Made by a program: the position numbers and the translations under genes. Under the pieces are notes generated by a model. The model worked only from the letters and a program-made list of their open reading frames with translations. It searched no databases and was not told where the DNA came from. Positions 8,032-17,345 of a stretch of DNA of 48,367 nt are shown one piece after another (positions within the stretch are counted from its first letter, which is position 1; each line of letters begins with the position of its first letter). This stretch comes from Oligoflexales bacterium (lineage in GTDB: Bacteria > Bdellovibrionota_B > Oligoflexia > Oligoflexales > Bog-1112). Where the stretch lies: the NCBI GenBank assembly GCA_045106415.1, contig JBGCEP010000067.1:1-48367 (forward strand), written 5' to 3'.

Positions 8032-8783
8032 TGAAAAAACTATGGGCTTTACTATTCACAATATGTCTTATTAGTGGGGCCCATAGTGGTTTGGCACAAG
8101 CCAAACTTCCAACTCTTTCTGTCGATCTTGGACAGACAGATCAAGTTGATGATGTTGTTCCTGCTTTAAAAATTGTTGGACTTCTTACAATACTTTCTGT
8201 GGCTCCAGCAATCCTTCTCATGATGACGTCATTCACCCGTATCGTAATTATTTTATCTTTTGTTCGGCAAGCTCTCGGCACACAAACCATGCCTCCTAAC
8301 CAAGTTATCCTTGGTCTTTCTCTTTTCTTAACTTATTTTACAATGTCACCTGTCATCGACACCATACAGCAAGATGCATATACCCCTTATGTTAACCAAG
8401 AAATATCGCAAGAAATCGCCATTGAAAATGTTCTTGCGCCAATTAAAAAATTTTTACTACACGAGACAAGAAAAGACCATCTAGCTTTATTTTATGAAAT
8501 TGCTCGCTTCAAACCTACGGGAAGAAACGAAGATATTCCTATGTCTATTTTAATTCCATCTTTCATGACAAGTGAGCTGAAAACAGCTTTTCAAGTTGGA
8601 TTTCTAATTTATATACCATTTTTAATCATTGATATGGTTGTCTCTTCAGTTCTTATGGCTATGGGCATGATGATGCTGCCACCTACAGTTATTTCACTAC
8701 CGTTTAAACTTGTTCTTTTTGTATTAGTTGATGGTTGGTCTTTGATCGTAACATCAGTTGTGCAAGGCTTTCATACTTTTTGA
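8031..8783 (+). CDS. fliP: Flagellar export pore protein FliP
   Basis: LLTILSVAPAILLMMTSFTRIVIILS..RQALGTQ..PPNQV; SELKTAFQ.GF; MMLPP..ISLPFKLVLFVLVDGW. Confidence 0.98.
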   Translation: MKKLWALLFTICLISGAHSGLAQAKLPTLSVDLGQTDQVDDVVPALKIVGLLTILSVAPAILLMMTSFTRIVIILSFVRQALGTQTMPPNQVILGLSLFLTYFTMSPVIDTIQQDAYTPYVNQEISQEIAIENVLAPIKKFLLHETRKDHLALFYEIARFKPTGRNEDIPMSILIPSFMTSELKTAFQVGFLIYIPFLIIDMVVSSVLMAMGMMMLPPTVISLPFKLVLFVLVDGWSLIVTSVVQGFHTF

Positions 8784-8790
8784 GGTCATT

Positions 8791-9060
8791 ATGAGTGAAA
8801 ATGAAATTATGAATCTTGGTGCTGCAACCGCTATGGTTGCTCTTAAAGTCGCGGCTCCATCTCTCATAGCAATTATGCTTATGGGTCTCGTTGTTTCTAT
8901 TTTCCAAGCTGCAACACAAATTAATGAGCAAACGCTTTCTTTTATTCCTAAGGTCCTAGCAATGCTAGGAGCAATGCTTGTTACTGGACCATGGGTCATG
9001 CAAACAATGATTTTTTTTACTAGAGAAGTTTTTCAAAGAATTGCACTTGTTACTCAATGA
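8791..9060 (+). CDS. fliQ: Flagellar export protein FliQ
   Basis: GLVVSIFQAATQINEQTLSFIPK motif; start reassigned to ATG 8791 (GAGG RBS). Confidence 0.96.
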   Translation: MSENEIMNLGAATAMVALKVAAPSLIAIMLMGLVVSIFQAATQINEQTLSFIPKVLAMLGAMLVTGPWVMQTMIFFTREVFQRIALVTQ

Positions 9061-9069
9061 GATAAAAAG

Positions 9070-9861
9070 ATGATTACGATAAACCCTGAATTGCTCATGA
9101 CATGGGCTGCAATATTTATTCGTACATTATCTATGCTTTTCCCTATGCCTATTTTTGGTGATGACTCTGTTCCCCTTCATGTCAAAATAGCGTTGTCTCT
9201 ATCTATTGCTTTTAGTTTTACTCCTTTTATTACAGAGCTCTGGATGAATCAAGTGCCACAAAGTATTCTTCCTCTAGCGCTTATGGTTGTGCAAGAAATT
9301 ATGCTTGGAGCTATGATTGGATTTGTTTCAAAATTCATATTTGATTCCGTTATGATGGGTGCAAACTTAGTAGGATATCAAATGGGTTTTGGCACTGCGA
9401 ATCTACTCATGCCAGGAACATCTGAGCAAATCAATGCCTTTACCGCACTTCATAGAATTCTTGCTGTATTAATGTTTCTAAGCTTGAATTTACACCACAC
9501 GATGATTAAAGGCCTCTTAGACTCCTTTCATCATATTCCTCCTGGTCGAGCTATTTTCCATGGTAAAATAGGTGAATTTCTCATTCGAGTTTCTTCAACG
9601 ATTTTCACAACGTCACTACAACTGGCATCACCCGTTCTCATTGCTCTCATGTTTACAATGGCAGGACTTGGATTGCTCGCAAAAACCGTCCCTCAAATGA
9701 ACGTTTTTACATTAAGTTTTCCACTGAGCTTTATCATTGGATTAGTCATCTGGACAGCTAGTTTGTCCTTGTTACCAGGATGGTTAGAACAACATTTCTT
9801 CGAAATAATGAATGATATTTCCAATCTTCTTCGAAGTGTAGGGAGTCTCAACAATGGCTGA
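9070..9861 (+). CDS. fliR: Flagellar export protein FliR
   Basis: Multi-TM; P.FG...VP..VK, G.LVGYQMGF, LNLHH, PQMNVF.LSFP. Confidence 0.96.
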   Translation: MITINPELLMTWAAIFIRTLSMLFPMPIFGDDSVPLHVKIALSLSIAFSFTPFITELWMNQVPQSILPLALMVVQEIMLGAMIGFVSKFIFDSVMMGANLVGYQMGFGTANLLMPGTSEQINAFTALHRILAVLMFLSLNLHHTMIKGLLDSFHHIPPGRAIFHGKIGEFLIRVSSTIFTTSLQLASPVLIALMFTMAGLGLLAKTVPQMNVFTLSFPLSFIIGLVIWTASLSLLPGWLEQHFFEIMNDISNLLRSVGSLNNG

Positions 9862-10927
9862 TGATGACGGACAAGAAAAAACCGAAGAACCCACAGATGA
9901 CCGAAAAGAAGAGTTTCGAAAACGAGGCGACATCGCTCACTCTAAAGAGCTCACAACTGTTCTTGTTTTAACATCTGCAACTTTTTTCTTAGCTATCAGT
10001 GCTTCACATATGATTGAAGATTTCAGAAAGTTTTCAACCCATTGGTGGGAAACATCATCATCTATAACTATTACAGAAGATAAAATCATAGGTCTTTTAT
10101 CACTTGCTATGTATCAGTTCATTAAAATGATCACCCCGCTTTTTCTTGTTGTAAATGCAATGGCGATTTGTTCAACATTTTTCCAAACTCGATTTAATTT
10201 TGCTGCTTCAAGATTAAAACCAGATTTTTCACGAATGAACCCTCTTAAAGGGCTTGCTCGAATGGTTTCAGGACAAGCTGCTTTTGAGTTAGGAAAAGGT
10301 ATTGTTAAAATGATTGCAGTAGGTACCGTCGCTGGAGTCATTCTCATATCAGAAAAAAACAAAGTGCCGAACCTTATTCACTTCCCCCTTTTAGTCACTT
10401 GGTCATATTGGGGTGAAATTACAAGATCTCTATTCATGGGAGTTTCCAGCATTCTTCTTCTTATGGCTATCATTGACTATATTTTCAACAGTTTTCAACT
10501 GCAAAAAAAGATGCGGATGACACACCAAGAAATTAAAGAAGAATATAAGAAAAAAGAACTTGATCCAATTATTAAACAACGGCTACGAAGAATGCAGCGA
10601 GATTTATCACAAAGAAAAACGTTAGAAGAAACTAAAAAAGCATCTGTTATTATTACAAACCCAACTCACTACGCCATAGCTTTGTTATATACCCCTGGCA
10701 TGAAAGTTCCCAAAGTTCTAGCGAAAGGTGTAGATTTTCTTGCTTTAGAAATGAGGAAAATAGCAAAAGAAGAAGATATTCTAATTTTTGAAAATAAACC
10801 TCTTGCTCGAACTCTATATAAAAATCTTGAAGTCGGACAAGAAATACCTCAGAACCTCTACACTGCTGTTTCTGAAGTTATACGATATCTCTTTAAAGTG
10901 AAAGGCCAAAATTATGGCAAATCATGA
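9854..10927 (+). CDS. flhB: Flagellar export substrate-specificity switch FlhB
   Basis: EKTEEPT N-terminus, NPTH autocleavage site, VPKVLAKGVD, ENKPLARTLY. Confidence 0.97.
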   Translation: MADDDGQEKTEEPTDDRKEEFRKRGDIAHSKELTTVLVLTSATFFLAISASHMIEDFRKFSTHWWETSSSITITEDKIIGLLSLAMYQFIKMITPLFLVVNAMAICSTFFQTRFNFAASRLKPDFSRMNPLKGLARMVSGQAAFELGKGIVKMIAVGTVAGVILISEKNKVPNLIHFPLLVTWSYWGEITRSLFMGVSSILLLMAIIDYIFNSFQLQKKMRMTHQEIKEEYKKKELDPIIKQRLRRMQRDLSQRKTLEETKKASVIITNPTHYAIALLYTPGMKVPKVLAKGVDFLALEMRKIAKEEDILIFENKPLARTLYKNLEVGQEIPQNLYTAVSEVIRYLFKVKGQNYGKS

Positions 10928-12995
10928 AGAAAAAAACCCTTTAAAAAATACTGATATTCAATTCGCACTTGTTCTTATTTGTATTCTTCTTGTGATGTTT
11001 ATACCGCTTCCTCCTTTTCTATTAGATCTTTTTCTAACAATTTCCATTACTGTAGGTTTCATGTCATTATTAGTGGCTATTTATATTGAAGAACCACTTG
11101 ATTTCTCTACTTTTCCTACATTTTTGCTTCTTACTACTCTTTTTCGATTATCACTCAATGTTGCGACAACCAGAAATATTTTATTAGGTGGTGCAAATAA
11201 TGAAGTCAGTCAAATTGTAACGGCATTTGGTGACTTTGTTGTTGGTGGTAATTATTTTGTTGGTTTTGTTATTTTTGCAATTCTTGTCTTAGTTAATTTT
11301 CTTGTTATCACAAAAGGTGCTGGACGAGTTGCTGAAGTTGGCGCACGCTTTACATTGGATGCAATGCCAGGAAAACAGATGTCTATCGACGCTGACTTAA
11401 ATGCTGGAATCATTGATAGAGAAGAAGCAAAAAAACGCAGATCTAAAATTGAGCAAGAAGCTGATTTTTACGGTTCTATGGATGGTGCTTCTAAGTTTGT
11501 TCGTGGAGATGCAATTGCTGGAATCATCATCACTGCAATTAATATTATTGTCGGTCTTATTATTGGTGTTGTTCATCACAATATGAGTTTTTCAGATGCC
11601 GCACAAAGATTCACACTTCTTACAGTCGGTGATGGCCTTGTTTCTCAAATACCTTCTATCATTATTTCTGTAGCAGCTGGTATTGTTGTTACACGTGCAG
11701 CAAGTACAGAAGCTCTCTCTGGTCAATTATCAGGGCAAATTTTTCTTAAATCAAAACCTGCTTATATGAGCTCAGGAATACTCATCGTCTTAGGAATTAT
11801 ACCTGGTATGCCAGGTGTTCCTTTTCTTTTATTAGGAACAGCTTTTTTCTTTTTAGGACGACACGCACAAAGCCTCGAACAAAAAACAATTGAAGAAATG
11901 CACCAAAAAGACCACGAGGAAGAGGAGAACAACAAAGCCCCTGCAAATCAAATTGAATCCCTTCTGCAGCTGGATACTCTTGCATTAGAAGTCGGAGTTG
12001 GACTTATCCCTCTTGTCGATTCTGAACAAGATGGAGAAGTTTTAGACCGTATCGTTTCAGCTCGTAAACAATTTGCACAAGATCTTGGAATTATTGTTCC
12101 GATGGTCATGGTTAGAGACAACATTCAACTCAAGCCTGGTGACTATCAAATTCTACTCCGAGGAAATGTCATTACACGCGGAAATCTCATGGTTGATCAC
12201 CTTTTAGCCATGTCTCCTGATGACCAAAAAGACAGAATCCAAGGAATACGTGCAAAAGAGCCCGCTTATGGATTAGACGCATTATGGATTCGTCAAAACC
12301 AGCAAGATGAAGCCTCATTTCATGGCTATACTGTTGTCAATTGCTCTACTGTCATTGTGACTCATTTAACTAAAGTTATTCATGATCACGCTCATGAATT
12401 GCTAGGTCGGCAAGAAGTTCAGTCCTTAATTGAAAACCTAAAACAATCTTCACCAAAAGTTGTCGAAGAAGTTTTAAGCCCTGAAAGCCAACTCAACCTC
12501 GGAGTTATTGTTAAGGTTTTACAGAACTTACTCCGCGAGGGTGTGAGCATTAGAGATAGTTTAACTATCTTTGAAGCAATTGCTAACGAGTGTCGTATTA
12601 CACAACACCCAGATATCCTCACTTGTAATGTCAGAATTGCTTTAGGGCGTGGTATTATCAAAAAGTATCTCAAGCCTGACGACACCCTCTCTGTTGCTCA
12701 TCTAGATCGCGCCGTAGAAGATCTTCTTCTATCTAGCATGAATGGTCATGAAAACGGTGCAACGTCGCTTAACCTTGACCCTGAACTTGCACAACGCCTT
12801 TTAAATAGTATTGCGGCATCTATGAAAGATTTTGATCACTCAGGAAGTACTCCAATATTGCTTTGCGGCTCTCCTATCCGAAAAGAAATAAAGAAGATGC
12901 TAGACAGATTTATACCTGGTGTACCTGTTTTAGCTTTTGATGAAATACCTAGTGAAATAACAACACAGACCATCACTACGGTGAGCTTATCATAG
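10914..12995 (+). CDS. flhA: Flagellar export gate protein FlhA
   Basis: RVAEVGARFTLDAMPGKQMSIDADLNAG; FYGSMDGASKFVRGDAIAG. Confidence 0.98.
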   Translation: MANHEEKNPLKNTDIQFALVLICILLVMFIPLPPFLLDLFLTISITVGFMSLLVAIYIEEPLDFSTFPTFLLLTTLFRLSLNVATTRNILLGGANNEVSQIVTAFGDFVVGGNYFVGFVIFAILVLVNFLVITKGAGRVAEVGARFTLDAMPGKQMSIDADLNAGIIDREEAKKRRSKIEQEADFYGSMDGASKFVRGDAIAGIIITAINIIVGLIIGVVHHNMSFSDAAQRFTLLTVGDGLVSQIPSIIISVAAGIVVTRAASTEALSGQLSGQIFLKSKPAYMSSGILIVLGIIPGMPGVPFLLLGTAFFFLGRHAQSLEQKTIEEMHQKDHEEEENNKAPANQIESLLQLDTLALEVGVGLIPLVDSEQDGEVLDRIVSARKQFAQDLGIIVPMVMVRDNIQLKPGDYQILLRGNVITRGNLMVDHLLAMSPDDQKDRIQGIRAKEPAYGLDALWIRQNQQDEASFHGYTVVNCSTVIVTHLTKVIHDHAHELLGRQEVQSLIENLKQSSPKVVEEVLSPESQLNLGVIVKVLQNLLREGVSIRDSLTIFEAIANECRITQHPDILTCNVRIALGRGIIKKYLKPDDTLSVAHLDRAVEDLLLSSMNGHENGATSLNLDPELAQRLLNSIAASMKDFDHSGSTPILLCGSPIRKEIKKMLDRFIPGVPVLAFDEIPSEITTQTITTVSLS

Positions 12996-13004
12996 GATGA
13001 CATT

Positions 13005-14132
13005 ATGGACGTTCAAACATTTTCTGGAAAAAACATGAAGGAAACGATTGCTCAAGTAAGAAAATCTTTGGGCAAAGACGCAATTATTATCTCCACGCAT
13101 GAGGATGAATACAGCCACAGTAATAAAGTTGTGATTAAAGCTACTCATGTCGATCAAAATAAGAAAACACCAACCATTGCAAAGAAAATACTTCATAAAG
13201 ACCTACACAATACTGATAAATCTATCATTCAAAGTATGAAATCTACACACGATCAACAGAACAGTTATCTTCGTCAGATGATCGGAACCATGACAGATTT
13301 AAAAGTACTCGTCTCTGATGCTTTACGTCATCAAACAGAAAATCAGGAAAACATTCCATATTTTCTTCACGATATCCATCAAAAGTTACTTAGAAGCGGT
13401 TTAAACTCTGCTTTATTAAACCAATTATGTGAACATCTTTCAGTAGTTTGTGATGAACAATCACCGTCTGAACATATATTAACAGAATCTGTTCGCTGGA
13501 TGACTTCTAGAATTCATATTGCCCCTCCTATAGAAGCCACCCGTGGTCACCAAGACATTCACCTATTTGTCGGCCCTCCTGGATCTGGTAAATCATCTAT
13601 GATTGCAAGATTAGCTCATCATATACAATCCAGTAAAAATCAAAAAGTAGCGGTCATATCATATGAGCCGAAAAGATTAGCTGCTTCAAGTAATCTTCAA
13701 ATTCTTTCTAGGATTCTTGGTTTTCACTATACTGCATTAAGACACCCTGATGAGGTGCATAGAACAATCGAAAAAGGAAAATCTTTTCCAATTGTCTTAA
13801 TTGATACCAGCGGTTTTTTACCATCAGACAATAGTGAATTTGAAGATTTTCAAAAACTTATAAATATTCCTCAGGGGATTGAGACTCATCTTGTTTTATC
13901 CATGCTCACAAAAGAATCTATTCTCAATGATCTTGTCCTAAAATTTAGTCCTTTAGGAATTTCTTCATTGATGTTTTCAAGGCTCGATTCTGGCTTTACA
14001 CACGCTGATTTATTTAATCTTCCTGTTCGCTGGTCGTGTCCTTTAAGTTATGGAAGCGCTGGGCATGAATTACCTGAAGGTTTAGAGCGTATGACAAGAG
14101 AAAAAGTAGTCGAATTTATCTTTGGACTCTAA
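13005..14132 (+). CDS. flhF: SRP-type flagellar GTPase FlhF (divergent G motifs)
   Basis: MDVQTF.G.NM.E...VR..LG.DAIIIS N-terminus; GPPGSGKS P-loop; IDTSG; located between flhA and flhG. Confidence 0.9.
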   Translation: MDVQTFSGKNMKETIAQVRKSLGKDAIIISTHEDEYSHSNKVVIKATHVDQNKKTPTIAKKILHKDLHNTDKSIIQSMKSTHDQQNSYLRQMIGTMTDLKVLVSDALRHQTENQENIPYFLHDIHQKLLRSGLNSALLNQLCEHLSVVCDEQSPSEHILTESVRWMTSRIHIAPPIEATRGHQDIHLFVGPPGSGKSSMIARLAHHIQSSKNQKVAVISYEPKRLAASSNLQILSRILGFHYTALRHPDEVHRTIEKGKSFPIVLIDTSGFLPSDNSEFEDFQKLINIPQGIETHLVLSMLTKESILNDLVLKFSPLGISSLMFSRLDSGFTHADLFNLPVRWSCPLSYGSAGHELPEGLERMTREKVVEFIFGL

Positions 14133-14142
14133 GGAGATTTTT

Positions 14143-14979
14143 TTGAATAAATTAAGAAAAAGATTTTTTGTGATAGCGATTTCAAGTGGAAAAGGTGGTG
14201 TTGGAAAAACACTAACAACTGTCCAAATGTCATTTTACGCAGCTAGAATGGGTAAAAAAGTCCTTATATTAGATGGTGATTTAGGGCTGTCAAATGTAGA
14301 CATTGTTTTAGGATTACGCCCTCGCTACAATATCTATGATGTCATAAATGGTACAGCTGAACTTAAAGATATTCTATTAGAAGGTCCAATGGGCGTGAGT
14401 ATAATTCCTACAGGTTCTGGTATATCTTCACTATCCGAGCTCTCTTGGGTGGAGAAGATTTCATTCTTTTCAGAACTTGAAACAATATCCCAAGATTTTG
14501 ACTTTATGATCATTGATGCTGGAGCAGGGATTGGAAAGAATGTCATACACTTAAATAAAATATCAGATCAACATGTCATAGTGACGACTCCTGAACCCCA
14601 TGCAATGGCAGATGCATATGCAGCAATTAAAACTCTTTATCTAGAAAATGAAACAACAAATTTCCACATTCTTGTTAATCATGCAACATCAGATCAAGAA
14701 GGATTCCAAACTTGGAAAAAATTGCAAAATGTTGCGCACCAGTTTCTTAATTGTCAACTTCACTTTCTAGGTTCAGTCCCTCACGATCAAAAAATTGCTT
14801 CTATTATAGCAAAGCAACAGCCTATTGATGTTCACGGGATTCATACCGTCTCAGGACAAGCCTGGCATAAATCATTCCACAACCTTCCTGCTTTTTCCAT
14901 GAATGAACAAAACGTTACCTTCGAAAAAACATTCTGGGAAAACTTCACGCATTCCGATCTTAATGAGGAGATACGATGA
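14143..14979 (+). CDS. flhG: MinD-like flagellar number regulator FlhG/FleN
   Basis: SGKGGVGKT, DGDLGLSNVDIVLG, IIDAGAGI, VTTPEP..AMADAYA.IK; TTG start at 14143 after AAGGAG. Confidence 0.93.
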   Translation: MNKLRKRFFVIAISSGKGGVGKTLTTVQMSFYAARMGKKVLILDGDLGLSNVDIVLGLRPRYNIYDVINGTAELKDILLEGPMGVSIIPTGSGISSLSELSWVEKISFFSELETISQDFDFMIIDAGAGIGKNVIHLNKISDQHVIVTTPEPHAMADAYAAIKTLYLENETTNFHILVNHATSDQEGFQTWKKLQNVAHQFLNCQLHFLGSVPHDQKIASIIAKQQPIDVHGIHTVSGQAWHKSFHNLPAFSMNEQNVTFEKTFWENFTHSDLNEEIR

Positions 14980-15734
14980 AGAGCGTTGTAAAACGTTATA
15001 AACAAGATAATTCTGGCGTTGATGGAAAACTTCGCGACCAACTCATCATGGACTACGCTCCACTTATCAGATTTGTTGCTCAAAGAATTGTATCTAGGCT
15101 TCCTTCAAACATTGATATTGATGACCTTATGAGTGCTGGCGTCATTGGTTTAATGGATGCTATTGAAAAATATGATCCAACTCGAGATAATAAATTCAAA
15201 ACTTATGCAGAATTCCGCATAAGAGGAGCAATACTTGATGAGCTTCGCGCTCAAGACTGGGTTCCAAGATCTTTACGCGATAAAGCAAAAATGATTGAAC
15301 GAACATATGCAAAAATGGAACAAAGACTAGGCCGTCCCGTTTCTGACCAAGAAATGGCAGAAGAACTGGAAATGCCCATAGATGAATATCATGAAGTTGT
15401 TTCTCGAGTAAAAGCTGTGACTCTCTTATCAGTCGATGAAATGACTCAAACTCAACAACATGAGAAAAAAAGTCTATTAGACACTCTTGAAAACACAAAT
15501 CAAAAAAATCCTTTCACGCAGCTTAAAATTAAAAGTGTGAGAGATATTTTAATGTCTAATATTGATTGCCTTCCTGAGAAACAAAAGATCGTACTATCTC
15601 TTTATTATTATGAAGACTTAAATTTAAAAGAAATAGGAAGGATATTAGAAGTAACAGAATCACGAGTCAGTCAACTCCATACTCAAGCAGTCGAAAAACT
15701 AAGATCAAAACTTAAAAATGTTTTAATAGATTAA
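14976..15734 (+). CDS. fliA: RNA polymerase sigma factor FliA (sigma28)
   Basis: RLPSNIDIDDL..AG.IGL.DA..KYDP....FKTYA..RIRGAILDELR..DWVPRS; LYYYEDL.LKEIG.IL.VTESRVSQLH. Confidence 0.97.
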   Translation: MKSVVKRYKQDNSGVDGKLRDQLIMDYAPLIRFVAQRIVSRLPSNIDIDDLMSAGVIGLMDAIEKYDPTRDNKFKTYAEFRIRGAILDELRAQDWVPRSLRDKAKMIERTYAKMEQRLGRPVSDQEMAEELEMPIDEYHEVVSRVKAVTLLSVDEMTQTQQHEKKSLLDTLENTNQKNPFTQLKIKSVRDILMSNIDCLPEKQKIVLSLYYYEDLNLKEIGRILEVTESRVSQLHTQAVEKLRSKLKNVLID

Positions 15735-15750
15735 TCAAAGGAGAAAGAAA

Positions 15751-16158
15751 ATGGCTTTAGCTCAACCCGACATGAAAATACTTATTGTTGATGATTTTCC
15801 TACAATGAGAAGAATTGTAAGAACACTGCTCAAACAAAATGGGTACAATAATTTTGTCGAAGCAGAAGATGGAGCTCAAGGCTACAAAATGCTTACTACT
15901 GAGCCAGGGATTGAATTTATTGTTTCTGACTGGAATATGCCAAACATGACAGGACTCGAATTTCTTAAAAAAGTCCGTGCTGATCCTAAATTTAAACATC
16001 TTCCTTTTCTTATGGTGACAGCTGAAGCAGAAAAAGAAAACATCATTGAAGCTGTGAAATCTGGTGTAAGTAACTACGTCGTGAAACCATTCACTGGTGC
16101 AACTATGAAAGAAAAAATGGCGCGAGTCTTTGAAAACGAAGCAGCAAAAAAAGCGTAA
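15751..16158 (+). CDS. cheY: Chemotaxis response regulator CheY
   Basis: LIVDDFPTMRRIV, SDWNMPNMTG (phospho-Asp), MVTAEAEKENIIEA..GV..YVVKPFT. Confidence 0.95.
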   Translation: MALAQPDMKILIVDDFPTMRRIVRTLLKQNGYNNFVEAEDGAQGYKMLTTEPGIEFIVSDWNMPNMTGLEFLKKVRADPKFKHLPFLMVTAEAEKENIIEAVKSGVSNYVVKPFTGATMKEKMARVFENEAAKKA

Positions 16159-16167
16159 GGATAAAAC

Positions 16168-16626
16168 ATGACCTCTTCTGATATAGCTAGTAAATCAAAA
16201 ACAAAAGAAAAATCAAAATTCGACCCAGAACTTGTCACCATGTACCCTAAATCATCTAGAAAACTCACTCTTCAAGTTCAGCCATATAATCTTTCTAATT
16301 TAGAGATTCATGATATTACAAAAGAAGAAAAAGGATTAACAACTCATATTTCTCCTTTTGGTCTAGAGTTTCAAATACCGAATGATTACCCTAAAGGAAC
16401 TTTATTGAAAATATGTATTTCTATCCCAGATTACTGGAATAGAAAAAGAAAATTTGTTGACTACGGAAGAATTGATTCTCCAAAAGAATTTCATATTTTA
16501 GCAAAAGTTGTCAAAACAGAAGAAGTTGGAAAAAGAGGAAGAAAAAAACTTGTTTTAGCACAAACAGTGAATATTGACGGTATTGACGAGCAAGTTCTAA
16601 AATCTTGGCTGCAGGAAGCAAAATAA
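16168..16626 (+). CDS. PilZ-like domain protein with degenerate c-di-GMP motifs
   Basis: PKSSR in place of RxxxR; HISPFGL in place of (D/N)xSxxG; G..L.I.I.IP and A.VV PilZ barrel pattern. Confidence 0.6.
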   Translation: MTSSDIASKSKTKEKSKFDPELVTMYPKSSRKLTLQVQPYNLSNLEIHDITKEEKGLTTHISPFGLEFQIPNDYPKGTLLKICISIPDYWNRKRKFVDYGRIDSPKEFHILAKVVKTEEVGKRGRKKLVLAQTVNIDGIDEQVLKSWLQEAK

Positions 16627-17207
16627 TGTTTACAACACTCATGATTATACTCATTGTCTTTGATGTTGCGTTGTCATTTCTAGTCTGGAAACAACACTCT
16701 AAACCACCTGTGTCTGACCAGCTTCTTGCTGATATCCACATAGAAAGACAAGAAATCATGAAAATTCGTCAAGAAATTATGGATGAAATTTCTTCTACAA
16801 AAAATCAACTAAATCAGCAATTTGAGAAAATAAAACAATTCTCTTCTGAGCTTGATGCTGACGTACAAGACGCTCCTCAAAATTTGAAGAAAATTCTTCA
16901 AGAATCACAAAAAAGTTTTCTCATTGAATGTGATAAACCTTTACAAAAACTTACACAAAAACAATTAGAAATAGAAGGAACCATTCGGAAAATTCAAAAA
17001 GAAAGAAAGAAAATTCAATCATCTATTGAACATGGAGAGGTCATTATTCAATCACTCCATAATAATCGTTCATGGGATGATGTGATTAATGACATTCAAA
17101 ATAAGAAATATGATAACGCCCGTAGTTTATTAGCTCAAGGCATGCCTCAAAGTGATGTCATGATGGATCTAGGTCTCAGCCACACAGAAATACAGCTCTT
17201 AAAATAA
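16626..17207 (+). CDS. Membrane-anchored coiled-coil protein with a DUF2802-like C-terminus
   Basis: TAATG-coupled start; N-terminal TM, coiled coil, YDNARSLLAQG....DV...LGLS..EIQLL tail. Confidence 0.65.
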   Translation: MFTTLMIILIVFDVALSFLVWKQHSKPPVSDQLLADIHIERQEIMKIRQEIMDEISSTKNQLNQQFEKIKQFSSELDADVQDAPQNLKKILQESQKSFLIECDKPLQKLTQKQLEIEGTIRKIQKERKKIQSSIEHGEVIIQSLHNNRSWDDVINDIQNKKYDNARSLLAQGMPQSDVMMDLGLSHTEIQLLK

Positions 17208-17288
17208 ATCCTTGCTTGATTGACAAATGTTAAGCAATAAAGAATAAAACCTAATTATGATTTTACTGAAACTATTCAGTTGAATATC

Positions 17289-17315
17289 TTACAAGATTCA
17301 AGAAAACACCGATAA
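17289..17315 (+). promoter_or_regulatory. Possible sigma28 promoter for the SBP-kinase pair
   Basis: -10 ACCGATAA (17308-15), about 30 nt before the start codon; -35 region TTACAAG only partly matches. Confidence 0.4.
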
Positions 17316-17345
17316 TTAGGATAGGTTCTTTAAAAGGAAAATGCT

